A DNA stretch of 64,000 nucleotides, taken from contig OZ024742.1 in the NCBI GenBank assembly GCA_964016885.1, positions 62,124,001 to 62,188,000 of the forward strand, given 5' to 3'. This DNA is from Eledone cirrhosa. Taxonomy: Eukaryota. The position numbers and the translations under genes are program-made. Positions 1 to 13,472 of this stretch are shown piece after piece (the stretch's first letter is position 1; the number at the start of each line of letters is the position of its first letter). Below the pieces are notes generated by a model. The model had not been told where the DNA came from. It did not search any database and was given only the letters and a program-made list of their open reading frames with translations.

Positions 1-39
1 AGACCCCCCCCCCCCCCCCCCCCCATGTTTATTATTGCT

Positions 40-1320
40 CTACAGGCTATAACAAGAATTTAAGACTGGCTGCCCATGGGAACTTCTATATGCAGATGAT
101 CTAACTCTCATAGCTGAATATATGGCTGAACTAGAGAAGAAATTCCAAACTTGGAAGCATGGTCTAGAATGAAAAGGGCTTAAAGTTAACTCGTCGAAGA
201 CTAAAGTTCTAGTATGTAGAAAGGAAAATAGGGCACAGATTCCCTCTGGGAAGTGGCCTTGCTCATTGTGTAGGAAAGGAATAGGTAGAAATTCCATTCT
301 ATGTCCCAAATACAAGCTATGGGTACATAAAAGGTGTAGTGGAATCACATGCAGGCTATCAAAGAATGTAGGTTTTATATGTGGCTGATGCTCAGGCACA
401 GTAAGTAGCAAGTGCCTGCAGGATAGTATCTTCTTCAATTTCCCAGATGGTTCTATAGAAATAGTCGATACTTTCTGTTACCTGGGTGATAAAATCAGCA
501 GTGGAAGAGGGTGTTCTGAAAGTACAGTTGCCAGAATAAGAACAGGATGTAAAAAGTTCAGAGAGCTAATACCACTGTTAGCCGCAAACGATTTCTCCCT
601 GCTTGTATATGAACAGCAATGTTACATGGGAGTGAGACCTGGCATTGTTGTGCAATGGACCAGTGCAGATTTGAAAGAAATGAAGCGTACATGCTCCGAT
701 GGATGTGTAATAGTAGTATACAAGAACAACAAAGCATAAATGAACAAAGTGAGGAATTAGGCATAAGAAGGATCAGATGCAGTATACTAGAGAGGAGATT
801 GCGTTGGTTTGGTCATGTGATGCATATGAAGGATGGCAGCTGTATAAAAAGGTGCAGGGCGATCAAAATTGATGGAAGATACGGAGTAGGAAGACCCAGA
901 AAGTCCTGGGATGAAGTGATAAAAGCTGATCTTGCACACTTGCACCTCTCAAAGTCAGACACAGGATCGAGATCCTTGGTGTTATGCAGTAATACAGAAG
1001 GCCCGTCTTCCCTTGTGCACAGACTCAAACATACACCCAGTTGGCACCTCTTAATCCCCTATAGTCCACTTCCATACACTCCCAACACCACCCTCTCATT
1101 CCTGCCCACACCACCCTTCCCCCTGCAAAGTTATGTTGGTATCACACCAACAACTAAAACACCCAGCCCACACTGTAAAGTGGTCGTCAAAGAGACATGG
1201 CAAAAAGCACCCAGCATACACTGTAAATGTGGTTGGCGTTAGAACTTGCCTCTAATGGGACAAAACTGTCTAACCCATGCTAGCATGGAAAATAGACATT
1301 AAACGATGATGATGATCATG
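40..1320 (+). mobile_element. Decayed RTE-clade LINE 3' part
   Basis: CPWELLYADDL at 71-103; 'MLHGSETW...RRLRWFGHVM...GRPRKSW'; stop codons; ends in ccatgctagcatggaaaa...(GAT)n. Confidence 0.85.
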
Positions 1321-3169
1321 ATATGCCCTCTTTGGACTTTAGTCTTCACATTTATTATTATTACTATAAATATATATATATATATATATATACAGTACTT
1401 AATACTACTCTACCCTTTCAAGCATGTTTCAGTCTTTTGTAATTTGACACTGACCTGCTTAGTCATTTCGCCATTACTCTCCTATTAATATTAGTTCTAG
1501 GGCCATTGCTTGAATTAACTTTTATTAATTTAATTCATTCCTTTATTTCTATTATGCTTACCTACCCCTTATTTGTGTTGCATTGGATTGTAGCAATTTT
1601 CCCGACCTATATCGGTATGTAGATATTACTTGTTCTGTTTTGTTTTTGTCCAATGTCCATTGTGTTTTCATCCTGAATATCTATCCATAGATATCTGCGT
1701 GTTTTCTATTGATGCACTGGTGGTGAATTGTCCAGTCTAATATAGCATCCGAAACTATAATGATCCACAGAAGACAACCAATGAGCGGGATTGTCCACAT
1801 GTTTGTTTTTTCTGCATTTTCTGTTTCCTACATTTCTCCCACATTTCATCTTTTAACGATATATATATATATATACAGATCTAGCTGTCGAAACAGCCAG
1901 AGCTCAGCCATCGGGGTCCTGGATCTTTTCATATATATATATATAAATGTAAGTATGCATATGTATCAGCTGTGTTAGGGCGAGAAATAAAATTCTAATT
2001 TTATGTGTGTGTATTATGTATTTCCATAGAAAACGTAAAGGAAAAAGAGTGCTCTATGTATAGTACAGAGCTAACACATACATATATTCTTTTACCTGTT
2101 CCAGCCATCCGGTTGAGGCCATGCTGGGGCTATATATATATATATATATATATCCACACACATAACCTGCTTTCATACAGTTCCGTGTACCAAACTTCAT
2201 TCGTGGCATTCGTCTCAACCGGAGGCTATAGTAAGTGCTATGCAGTGAGACCAACCATAGAACTCTTGTTGTTAAATGAACTTCTTAACCACACAGCCAT
2301 GCTTATTCTTGTGTGAGATATGATTTTGATGTTCTAGAAATAACTGTTGCAGCTGATTTTCGGTTATACCTTGGATTACATTAATGGGGAACTGATGTTT
2401 GTATATACTAGGGTCTGAAACTCAAGGGCTCTAAAGAGCCATTATGTCCTGGAGGGAGAGGTACAATGGGCCAAAAATAAGATGGGGTGTGATTTTCACC
2501 AGTTATATTGCTAATCTCCAATAGAGCTGATAGGCTGCTATTCATATATTTTTTGATCAAAATGAAAACACATATGATAATAAGTGGGATATATGATTTA
2601 CTACAAAATGTAGGGGAACAATGTTTCCTTAATTCCATTTTTACTTTTTGCAAATTCCCTTTTTTACATTTTCACTTTTGATAGATACAGTTGTTTCTCC
2701 ATGTTATTATATTTCATAGCTAAATTGCAATAAATATTACTAAAACAGAGAAAAGAAATCAATGTGCTCTAAAAATTTTTCTTCCGCGTGCCAAGTAGTT
2801 TGTGGACCACGTATTTGAGACTTTGGGTATATACATATACACTTTCTGTGTTGAAAATTTAGCCTACTAGTGTCTTGTGTCTGCATATAGTGGCCAATAA
2901 CAACAGCAACATGAAGTAGTCGATGAATGAGTATCATGCCCCACTCATCCGCTCTCCTTCTCCAATGTGCAGAACCCTAACCGTATTCACACAGAGAGAG
3001 AGAGAAAGAGAGAGAGAGACACAGATTAAAAGTTTAAACAAACAATTTCTGCTTTCACCCATATAAGGGATTTTCTGAAACTGAGAAATATATCAATGTG
3101 TTAATAATAAATATTTACTCTACGGTTTTATATATATACTGTTAACACGCACACACACACATAAATGGA

Positions 3170-3343
3170 AGGAGGGCGCAGTAGAGAAAGACCACAAAAA
3201 TCATGGGCAGAGGTGGTGAGCGCTGACCTCAGATCGCTGAAGCTCAAAGAGGAGATGACGAATGGAGAAATGCTATGCTGAAAAGGACCCGTCCCACCCT
3301 TGCAAGCAAGGAAAAGGAGACGTAAAATGATGATGATGATGAT
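3170..3343 (+). mobile_element. RTE LINE 3'-terminal fragment, same family as 27541-30368
   Basis: Matches 30190-30365 (aaaatcatggg...ctgacctcagatcgctgaagctca...gtaaaatgatgatgat). Confidence 0.8.
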
Positions 3344-4109
3344 ATATATCTATACTAATAAAGCTTTCGGCCCTATGTATGTAACAAACTTTTCGCCAAA
3401 CGGCTGGACCAAATGGCACCAAATTTGCACCATAGATGAAACTTTTGCCAAGTAAGAAAGTGAGGGTATTTTTGTCTATTAAATTTTGTTAAAGGATTAA
3501 AGATATTATTTAAATAGTCACTTCTTTAAAATTTTCAAATGTCAACACTTCCGGTTATACGACATTCCTCTCTCTTTCTTACTCTGTCTTTTTAGATAGA
3601 TACATAGCTATAACGTCGCACCCTTATAATATGTCTCTGTATGCCTGGCTGTCTGCATTATGAAAACCATTCATTGACTTCGCTATCTATGTGTGTGTAT
3701 ATATATATAGTGTGTGTATATATATATATATATAAATATATAGTGTTAGTATCATAAATAAGAGACAGTTTAATTTTTACATTTTATTACAGCATTCCTT
3801 TATACGTATATATACGTATATATACATACATAAACAAGTTATTTACAGTTGTATAAAAAAGAAGTATAATTGTTTCTACTTTTGGTACAAGGCCAGCAAT
3901 TATCCCAGTACATTACTGGTACTTTATTATATATAATATATATAATACAACATTCCTATCTCTTTCTTACTCTGTCTTTTTAGATAGATACATAGCTACA
4001 ACGTCGCACGCTTATAATATCTGTCTGTATGTCTGCCTGTCTGCATTGACTTCCCTTCTAACCAACTTTTAATTAATTATATATATATATATAATTATAT
4101 ATTCGTGTA

Positions 4110-4595
4110 CATATTTTCAACAGTAATACTATACTATAATATATATTTTCAACAGTAATACTATACTATATATTTTCAACAGTAATACTGTACTATATAT
4201 TTTCAACAGTAATACTGTACTGTACTATATATTTTCAACAGTAATACTGTACTATACTATATATTTTCAACAGTAATACTGTACTATACTATATATTTTC
4301 AACGGTAATACTCTACTATACTATATATTTTCAACAGTAATACTATACCATATATTTTCAACAGTAATACTATATGTTTTCAACAGTAATACTGTACTAT
4401 ATATTTTCAACAGTAATACTATACTATATTTTCAACAATATATAGTATAGTAATACGATACTATATATTTTCAACAGTAATATTATACTATACTATATGT
4501 TTTCAACAGTCATACTATACTATATATTTTCAACAGTAATACTATATATTTTCAACAGTAATACTATACTATATAATAATACTATACTATATAAT
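4110..4595. repeat. Minisatellite, ~25-35 bp unit ATATTTTCAACAGTAATACT(ATACT)n
   Basis: About 15 tandem copies visible. Confidence 0.9.
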
Positions 4596-4596
4596 A

Positions 4597-4782
4597 ATTG
4601 TTTCTACTTTTTTGGCACAAGGCCAGCAATTACCCAGTGCATTACTGGTACTTTATTTTATCGACCCCGTAAGGATGAAAGGCAAAGTTAACCTCGGCGG
4701 GATTTGAACTCAGAATGGCAAGGACCGTAACTCTATTCGTCAAAGCATGGCGTCCGACCCTCTACCGATACTGCCAATCCAC
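4597..4782 (-). mobile_element. tRNA-derived SINE (main family of the window)
   Basis: Reverse complement of the 5105-5712 units; B-box GAGTTCAAATCC, core ctttgcctttcatccttacggggtcgataaaataaagtaccag. Confidence 0.85.
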
Positions 4783-5104
4783 TATACTATAACAGTAATA
4801 CTATACTACACAGACGGCTTATCGTCTGTTTATCCAAGCGAAGTTAAGTAAGTCAGCTATATATATATATATAAATTTTGAGTATATGTTGGTTGTATAC
4901 CAACACCTCAGTATGCATTTTATTTTATTTTATATATATATATATCTGGATGCTGTAGAACACACCAATGGTAGCCGGGCATCAGCCGGATAGGCCAGCT
5001 AGTATATATATATATTTATTGCAACTTTCTATATATCTATACACAATTTTTATTGAGTTTTCTCTGGATATATTTTTGTATTATTATTACTGTATATTGG
5101 TGAT

Positions 5105-5712
5105 GCGGTGAATTGGCAGTATCGGTAGAAGGTTGGACGCCATGCTTTGACGCATAGAGTTACTGCCCTTGCCATTCTGAGTTCAAATCCCGCCGAGGTT
5201 AACTTTGCCTTTCATCCTTACGGGGTAGATAAAATAAAGTACCAGTAATGTACTGGGTAATTGCTGGCATTGTGCCAAATGTAGAAACAATTATTACTGT
5301 ATATAGAAGGGCGGTGGATTGGCAGTATTGATAGAGAGTCGGACACCGTGCTTTGCAGCATAGAGTTACGTCCCTTTATGGTCTGAGTTCAAATCCTGCC
5401 GAGGTTAACTTTGCCTTTCATCCTTACGGGGTCGATAAAATAAAGCACCAGTAACGTACTGGGGTCAATTTAATCGACTTTCCCCTTCCCCCAAATTACT
5501 GGCCTTGTGCCTATAGAAATCATTGGATTGGCAGTATCGGCAGAGGGTCGGACGCCATGCTTTGACGCATAGAGTTACGGCTCTTGCCATTCTGAGTTCA
5601 AATCCCGTCGAGGTTAACTTTGCTTTTCATCCTTATGGGGTCGATAAAATAAAGTACCAGTAATGCACTGGGTAATTGCTGGCCTTGTGCCAAAAGTAGA
5701 AACAGTTATTAC
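5105..5712 (+). mobile_element. Three tandem tRNA-derived SINE copies
   Basis: A-box-like tggcagtatcggtag, B-box gagttcaaatccc, shared core, 3' gtagaaacaattatt. Other copies at about 16224-16417(+), 24110-24262(+), 24322-24592(+), 31682-31900(-), 39036-39222(-), 41460-41660(-), 46120-46303(-), 62497-62695(+) and 63527-63642(+). Confidence 0.88.
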
Positions 5713-5769
5713 TGTATATAGATAGAAATACTGAGATGTATCGGTGGAAAGATTGTTTTATAAACTTAC

Positions 5770-5861
5770 CATTGTTCTGTGACTGTGTTGTAACATTCCA
5801 CACGGGAAATGGTGTTGAAACCATCGAAACCACCAATGGCAAATATCATACCTTCCAAAAC
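5770..5861 (-). CDS. KLHL10: KLHL10-like coding exon 5 (VLEGMIFAIGGFDGFNTISRVECYNTVTEQW)
   Basis: Acceptor ttctacag|GTT, donor TG|gtaagt; 92 nt, phase 0 to 2; continues 'SNFAIE' with the last Kelch repeat. This frame is not in the ORF track. Confidence 0.88.
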
Positions 5862-5889
5862 CTGTAGAAAATATATATCACGTATGTAA

Positions 5890-6650
5890 GTATGTATGTT
5901 CTTCTGGTTTTATAATTTCACAAATTTTTGTCAATAGAAAGAGAGAGAGTCGGTTTCTAGCATAGATACGAGACTTTCTCATTTGAATTTACACAACATC
6001 AACTAGGTAGATATGTATGCATGTCTGCATGCATGCATGTGTGCAAGTATGGATGCTATCGTATGTATGGATGTTTATGTTTTGAGTTGTATGTGTGCAT
6101 GTGCATATGCTTTGTATCTGTACATGTGTATATGCAGTTATTAGATACAGAATTTTCGGAATGTTTTACATATTTTTACTGTTCCATTAATGGATTGTAC
6201 TTTTAATTTCCTAACTAGTCGTGTTCTTTTTATTTCTGTGAAGCCCAGCTTCTCAAGATTTGTATTGAGGCAGTTACTAACATACCCCAGTGCCCCAATA
6301 ATCACAGGCATAAATCTGAAGGTGTAATCAGGGTAGAGTATCTGCAGATTTCTCATCAGTTCTGCATAAATATTCTCCTTTTCGCTAATCTTTGATATTA
6401 TATTGGCATCTGCTGGGCAGCTAATTTCCACTACTGTGCATGCCTTCTTTCCCCTGTCCCATATCATTATATCTGGTCTGTTATGACTGCATTTTATTGG
6501 AGTTTTTACTGGAACATTCCAGCAGTACTCTTTCATATTATGTATATGTATGTCTTCTACATTGTTGTAGCTTTTAATGTGCTTATTATCGGGGCTATCT
6601 TTTCTACGGATTGCATCATAAAGTGCATTCCTATCTCTTTTGTCAATCAG
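5890..6650 (-). mobile_element. Second, 5'-truncated copy of the same R4/Dong-like element (RLE + 3' UTR)
   Basis: ORF 6141-6536 nearly identical to 6802-7311; same 3' UTR ending in (CATA)n. Confidence 0.82.
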
Positions 6651-6699
6651 GTGTGTATATATGTATGTATATGTATGTATGTATGTATATATGTATGTA

Positions 6700-9392
6700 T
6701 GTATGTTCTTCTGGTTTTATAATTTTACAAATTTTTTCCAATAGAGAGAGAGTCGGTTTCTAACATAGACACAAGACTCTCTCATTGGAATTTACACAAC
6801 ATCAACTAGGTAGATTATGTATGCATGTCTGCATGTGTAGATATGGATGTGTATGTTTTGAGTTGTATGTGTGCATGTGTATATGCTTTGTATCTGTACA
6901 TGTGTATATGCAGTTATTAGATGCAAAACTTTTGGAATATTTTACATAATTTACTGCTCCATTAATGGATTGTACTTGTAATTTCCTAACTAGTTGTGTT
7001 CTTTCTGTTCCTGTGAAGCTTAGCTTCTCAAGATTTGTATTGAGGCAGTTACTAACATACCCCAGTGCCCCAATAATCACAGGCATAAATCTGAAGGTGT
7101 AATCAGGGTGGAGTATCTGCAGATTTTTCATCAGTTCTGCATAAATATTCTCCTTTTCGTTAATCTTTGATATTATATTGGCATCTGCTGGGCAGCTAAT
7201 TTCCACTACTGTGCATGCTTTCTTCTCCCTGTCGCATATCGTAATATCTGGTATGTTATGCCTGCATTTTATTGGGGTTTTTACTGGAACATTCCAGCAG
7301 TACTCTTTCATATTATGTACATGGATGTCTTCTACATTGCTGTAACTTTTAATGTGTTTATTATCGGGGCTATCTTTTTACGAACTGCATTGTACAGTGT
7401 TTTGGCCACTACATCATGCCTCATAGGTAGATAGTACCGCGATGACATCTTTGGACAGCTGCTGATGACATGGGTGATATCCTCGATGTTAGTTCTGCAG
7501 AGTCTGCACTTGTTATCACATCTAGGTGTTTTGCCTGCATCCCTATCTCTTTTGTGAATCAGGTATTTTGTGTTAATCTCCTGTTCTTGGATTACAAAAG
7601 TGTATCCTTCAAAGTGGGAGCCAATATAGCGGTTGTTGGTCCAAGATAGACTACTTTCCTTATCTATATTACTCTCACTCTGGAGCTTCCTGGCAACATA
7701 TCCATGCATGATTTTTTGCTGATAAGCATGCAGTTTTTCATCCATGGATTCACTGCGATACTGCTGAGTGACTTCCATGGGTGTGAGTTTTTGATTATCA
7801 CACAGGGAATATCTCTCGAGGAGTTCCTTCCCAACTCTCATGATCTTATATGTTGCATGCAGATAGACTTGCTCGAGAAACGGGCTCCTACGCTTCGAGG
7901 TTCGTAGATGTTGTCGGAGAGATATGATGCGACATTCAAATGTTGTCTGGACTGATGTTAGGCCTCTGTCTCCCTGCTTGCATTTCAAGTAAAGGCGGTC
8001 TATGTCATTGTTGATGTGGAAGTTTCCGGTGTTGTTTAGTATTTTTCAAGTTCCAACATCAACTGCTTGGATTTCGTCTATCGTCCAATTGAGTATTCCA
8101 AACGTTGGTGTTAGGACAGGCACAGCAAACACATTGTGAGCCAGTGTTTTGTTTTGTGCAGAGAGTTCCGATGACCAAATCTTTCTTAATCGGGTGTAGT
8201 ATTCCCTTGTTACGCATTCTTTATTACAGATACTATTATAGGATATGTTCTCATCTATCCCCAGGTATCTGTAGCAGTCCTCATCAGATATCGGTGAAAC
8301 AGTTAGGGCATTGATGACAATGTTCCTAGATTGGGTTGTTGTTTTTCCCTCAGTGACACTTATTATTTTGCCCTTCATATCTCTATAGACTGATGTTTGG
8401 TTTCATCTGAATCTTTTATTAAGCACCTTTCTCTCATCTACTTTCTTCAGGTATCGGCGTTTTTCACTAACAGCTATCAATTCTTGTTTGGGGGTGATCA
8501 GCTTATATTGGAGAGTTCTGGTTCTACTGTTACCAAACATCGTCTCTATTTTATTTTTCACTCTTTGTTGGTGATGAGTGAGGTTTTTTTTGTGTTTGTT
8601 TGCATGTAAGGAGCATTGTCACATATCCTATGTTTTTTCGTAGGTCAGCACTCTTTTTTTCTATTTTAGTTATATATGATGGTATTTTTGGTGGTGTTTT
8701 GTTCTTGTTAATATCTCTGCTATCACCAAGATAATGCTTCACTGTCATTGCTAAGGCATATAAACAGGCGTTGATTTGCCAAAATGTTGGGGTTTTTATC
8801 CGTCGTAAATATTCATCCCCTATTTCGTCAATAATACGTAGTATTTCGTTATTTTTCCGTTGAGGGAAATTTTCAATTGTTTATACTTTTGATTATCATT
8901 ATCGATAGTATTTTCCACAACAGTCGAGGTAGACTCGGATGGTACACGTGGTGTCACATTTATTCGATTATTATTATTATTATTTCTTCGATTATTATTA
9001 TTAGCGATAGTGTTTTCCCCAGCATTCGAGGTAGACTTAGATGGTACAGGTGGTGTCAAGTTTCTTACAGGCAGTTGTTTCAAGGCGCTGTTCGACCTGG
9101 CTGCTAGGAAGTCTAGTAGCATGGCGACCTGTAGCATGTGTTGATGATAACATGTTTGTTGTGGGGGACTTACAATTAATAATATTTATCTTATTTTTTC
9201 GTTCAACAAACGTCGCTTGTTGGCGTAATTGTTTCGCTGTGAAATAATTTAGCTCTGGGTGCATTTCGTCCCAGTGTAGCTTCATTCTATTCATATAGCC
9301 AATGGAGGGATTGTTTTTTTTGCCATTTTATAACAATTAAATAAATCATTATTAAGTTCGCAACTCCAAGAGAAATACGATTTATAATTTCT
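6700..9392 (-). mobile_element. R4/Dong-like non-LTR retrotransposon with restriction-like endonuclease (RLE), RT core internally deleted
   Basis: N-terminal 'GYMNRMKLHW...QLRQQA' domain; RT C-terminal YRYLGI; GDRGL; CRLC..EDITHVISSC zinc knuckle; RHD; PD..D...VEISCP; VIIGALG. No YxDD region seen. Flanked by (CATA)n. Confidence 0.82.
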
Positions 9393-9619
9393 GTATGTAT
9401 GTATGTATATATGTATGCATGTATGTATGTGTGTGTGTGTATATCTGTGTGTGTGTGTATGTGCGTGCGTGTGTACGTGTGTGTGTATGTATGTTATGGT
9501 TTAATTAATTTATAAACTTTCACCAATAGAGAGAGAGAGCCAGTTTCGATCATATAAACAAGACTCTTTCATTGGAATTTAGACAATATTAACTAGATAA
9601 ATACATATGTATGTCTGTA

Positions 9620-9988
9620 ACGTTACTCGATAAAGTGCGTAGCTCGGAGATGAGAGAGTCACTCCAGGTAGAGCCGTTAATTCTCTGATTTGAGACATCA
9701 CTGCTCCGATACTATGGGCATGTCATTAGAATGTCTCAAGAAAGAATCGCTGGACAGATTTTATGGGCAAAACCAACCGGCAGGAGACCCAAGGGTAGAC
9801 CCCGAGCAAGATGGTTTGACAACATCCACGAGCTTGGTTGGTCTCGCTTGGGGATCCAGCTGGATTAGTTGGAGATGGTTTCTTCTGAGAGGAGCCGCTG
9901 GAAGGAGTGTTTGAGGACTCTTCCCCCATGACCCTCTCAAGAATAATTGGGAGAAGAAGAAGAAGAAGAAGAAGAAGAAGAAGAAGAA
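9620..9988 (+). mobile_element. RTE-type LINE 3' fragment with (GAA)n tail
   Basis: LLDKVRSSE.RE.LQVEPL...LRYYGHV.RM...GRRPKGRPRARW; same family as 51021-52100. Confidence 0.8.
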
Positions 9989-10451
9989 ATATTTATCTTT
10001 TTCTTTCCCCTTCAGCAGCTGTATATATAGTGGTAAGAAACTCTCACGAGAGCAAGACAGCAGACGTGTTTCGGCCCTTAACTCCTTACACTCTAAGGGG
10101 GCCGAAACACTAGCTATGGTAAACCGTGCCTCTGTTTGGTCGTCTATTTGTTGTGGTATACAAACTCTTTTATTAAAGGGTAATGTAGTGGGGTAAATTT
10201 TGTTCATTCTTGTATATTTTGTCAGCTGGGTTGAAGAACAGGTTCTCAAATCTACCGTTATAGTTGTGTGTACTATTATTTCATTGTTTTTATTATAGTT
10301 GTTGTTTTCCCTACTGTTATCGTTGTTACTGCTATTTCTATTATTGTGGTTATTACATGTATTGTTGTTGTGTCTATTGCTGTTATACTTGTTGTTCTCT
10401 CTATTGTTATCGTTGTTGTTACTGTTATTTCTGTTATTTCCATCTTTCCTG

Positions 10452-11339
10452 CTAGCAAAGCGGGCAATGTGATCGGTGGAAACTCCACCTTGGCGTTCTA
10501 TAGAGGATTAGTGGAGGGGAAGAGCGTCGACGAAAATCAACTAGCCAATCTCTTTGGAAGAACTTTCGGGCTGGGGCCTATGGACAACTTCCAGAAATCC
10601 CTGGCCTGGCAGTGCTACCGAGGAGCTTTGCCAGTTCGGGATAAACTCTACAGGCATGGAGGTGCCATCAGCCGGGCATGTCCGAGATACGCGCAGGGCG
10701 ACGAAACCGTCCTGCATGCACTCGTCCAGTGTCCGAGCATTGCTGACTTGTGGGTTTATGTCGAACACCTGCTGTCGCGTGTAGAACGGATCCAACTATT
10801 AGCTGAGTCCATCGTGAGGATTGCACCGCCCTCTTCCTTTAGCCGGGAAGGGCAGGCAGTTTTTATCTGTCTGGTGGCCATGGCGAAAGAGATAGTATGG
10901 TGGACGCGTCTGAAAGCGCTGAAGACGAGCACTTACCTCTTCGGTGATGCCCTGATTAACTTTTTCCAATTTCATTTGAAAAGGAAAATCAGGGTAGAGA
11001 GGGAGGTGCTCTCTTCCCAGCTTTTTGTTGAAAGATGGGTGAGAGAGGCAAGAATGGCCCGAGTGAGTGGACCTACTCTGAGTATATGCCTGTAAATTGA
11101 AGGTGGAAAACTGGGAGAGGACAATTGCCCTGGTGGTCAGGGTCACCGTGGCTTTTTTAATGGGCTTTCTCTACGATGGCCCTCGGAAGTCTCGCCCCTA
11201 TTGAGGAATTTTTCATTGTTCTTTTATTACATCCTCTGTTTTTTTGTTTTTTACACGCAGAAATGCCCTTTTGTACCGTCCTGTATTGTATTGTCCTTAA
11301 TGTCTACTTTGTGTAAACCCTTGTGGTTAATAAAGAAAG
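10452..11339 (+). mobile_element. Tx1/L1-like LINE 3' fragment (zinc-knuckle region)
   Basis: LAWQCYRGALPVRDKL...CPR...ETVLHALVQC; homologous to 49440-50355; ends aataaagaaag. Confidence 0.82.
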
Positions 11340-11479
11340 CATTGTTATTGTTACTGTTATGACTATTATTATTATTATTATTATTATTATAGTAATTATT
11401 TCTATAGCCATTGTTGTTATCATTGCCATATCTAATGTTATTGTTATTTATGTTACCACTTTCGTGATATTGTTGTTAT

Positions 11480-12057
11480 TTCGTTATTTATGTTCGTATT
11501 CCAACGGATTTTAGTGAAGGACTTTTCAATTTCCGCATCGTACTGGGTTTATCTTGTTATATATAGTGAACTTCGGTGGCAGTTATAGAATATATTGTTC
11601 TTCTTCGTTGGTTGTAGTTTCACCATAGATATTTAGTGTATGGTCTTTGGTAAATTCTGTAGGTAATGTGACATCAGCCATATAAATATTGTCAACCTAT
11701 GACAGGACCACCAACAAGACCTGTATGCGGAGCCAATATTGTTAGCAACTACAAGATATACTACTTCCTGTCTATGATCGTACACCCCATAATCAAGCTG
11801 GCCCCAGATGTATGTGACAGCATAGAGGGCCTCCTCAGCAGAATCAATGATTGCAACTACACCAAACACTTGATAAACTGCATAATAGGCAGTATGGATG
11901 TAGCGTCATTGCACCCATCCATTAACATTGATTTTGCTGTAGGAAAATGTGTGGAAATAATCGGTGAGAGTGAGGTAGAATTCTGTGATGTTGACACAGA
12001 CGAACTGGGCCCCCTTCTTAGACTTACATGTGACAGAGAATATCTGTTTATATTTTA
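11480..12057. mobile_element. Penelope-like element RT fragments (rearranged)
   Basis: Plus strand PPTRPVCGA...IGSMDVASLHPSI; minus strand LPPKF...EIEK..TKIRW N-terminal piece. Confidence 0.6.
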
Positions 12058-12411
12058 GAGAGATGCTACACACCAGTAAGTTCGCTGAAAGGTGGGTGAA
12101 TGTGGCGAAAATGGCCCGAGTAAATGAGCCTTCTCTGTATATAAACGTGTAGGTTGTGGAAGACAAAAAAAGGGGAAGACGGGAACACCTACAAAACGTG
12201 CTCATGGTGTTGAGGGTTGTTCTATCTACGGGGAGTAAAACAACCCCGCAGTAACATTCCCCCCTATTGGGGATTTCGATTGTTAATTTTTTAATATATA
12301 GTTTATTGTTATTTATTAATGTTAAAGTTTATACGATTTTTATGTAAAACCACCGCCGCCGCGTCTTATAATGTCCCATATCTTGTATGCCCTTGTAGCA
12401 AATAAAGAAAG
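12058..12411 (+). mobile_element. Tx1-like LINE 3'-terminal fragment
   Basis: KFAERWVNVAKMARV motif plus 3' UTR ending aataaagaaag. Confidence 0.75.
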
Positions 12412-12600
12412 ATATCTATATTTTACGAATGTAAGACTAGAACTAGTGCCAGAATATACCCCTACATAGGTGCTACGGCAAGGAAATTTAAGGAACGGTG
12501 GTATAACCATATCCATACGTTTAAAAGAAATGACAAAAGTAAGAGCGCGGCCCTTTCGGAACTAATATGGAATCTAAAATCAAACAACATAGACTATTCA
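12412..12600 (+). mobile_element. Penelope-like GIY-YIG endonuclease fragment
   Basis: PYIGATARKFKERWYNH..TF...SAALSELIWNLK. Confidence 0.7.
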
Positions 12601-13156
12601 CCTACTTGGTCCAAGGTCTGATCTGCACATCCCTATGGGGGGCGATCTGAAGCTTGTCACTTGTGTGCCTCTGAGATCATGGAGATAATAAGAAGAGGAC
12701 CATCGCTGATAAATAAAAGGCTGTACCTGTTTGGCACCTTCCCCCACAAAGACACCAAAATCTTCCCGAGGGCACCCTCTCACTAAAGAGGCTGACACCA
12801 CTATTTGTGCATATCATATACCTCTTAGTACCGCCACCACGCAACTAGGATAGCTCAACAGAATTCTTCCACATCAGTGGTTCTTATTTATAGATAATCG
12901 ATAGACACCTCCTGTATGTATGTGTGTCGGGTCACTCTTGAGTGCTACTGATAACATGTAACCCAGTACGACCTGTCGCATGGTCGGGTCGTCGGTGACG
13001 AAACCGGCAACCCCACCGAGTTTCCTTGGTGAGGAGAGTGATTTTGGACACCCTGGAGAACAAAAAATATTACCTGACAAAGGGTGGAAGAACTCATAAG
13101 AGTCAACAGCCATCTAAAAGTGTGTAAATACGTATGTACATATGTATATATGTATG

Positions 13157-13233
<77 letters not shown>

Positions 13234-13429
13234 ACGTACATACATATATGTATACAGACGTACAGTAGTATGTATATATATACATACATGCAGACATATA
13301 TATATATGCACGTATCGGTTTACCGAACATTTATTATAATGCTCGGTTTGTTTGTAAACAAACAGCCCGAATTACGCCGTACAGTGTTTAGGCAACCACG
13401 TCACCTTTTTGTTCAATACTGACACAGGA

Positions 13430-13472
13430 ACGATGTACTAGTTTCAAGCTTATTAGATATCGTCAGCATCGT
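13430..13472 (-). ncRNA. Minimal type-I hammerhead ribozyme motif
   Basis: acgatg-CTGACGA-tatctaataagctt-GAAA-ctag-TA-catcgt: 6-bp stem I, palindromic stem III (actagt), GUA site; stem II weak. Confidence 0.7.

Larger units (their letters stand above)
3349..5002 (+). mobile_element. Non-autonomous Helitron with internal minisatellite and SINE
   Basis: 5' A|TCTATACTAATAAAG; 3' GC hairpin (ccgggcatcagccgg) followed by CTAG|T. Confidence 0.65.

Noticed and set aside
1-23. Poly-C run as a G-quadruplex element
   Set aside because: Homopolymer at the window edge with no context; length unreliable.
2408-2653. Candidate last KLHL10 exon (MNSSLSALL)
   Set aside because: No pyrimidine-rich acceptor in the required phase and only weak similarity to the expected RSALS motif.
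5105-5200. tRNA gene (A/B boxes)
   Set aside because: No cloverleaf; it is the head of a multi-copy SINE.
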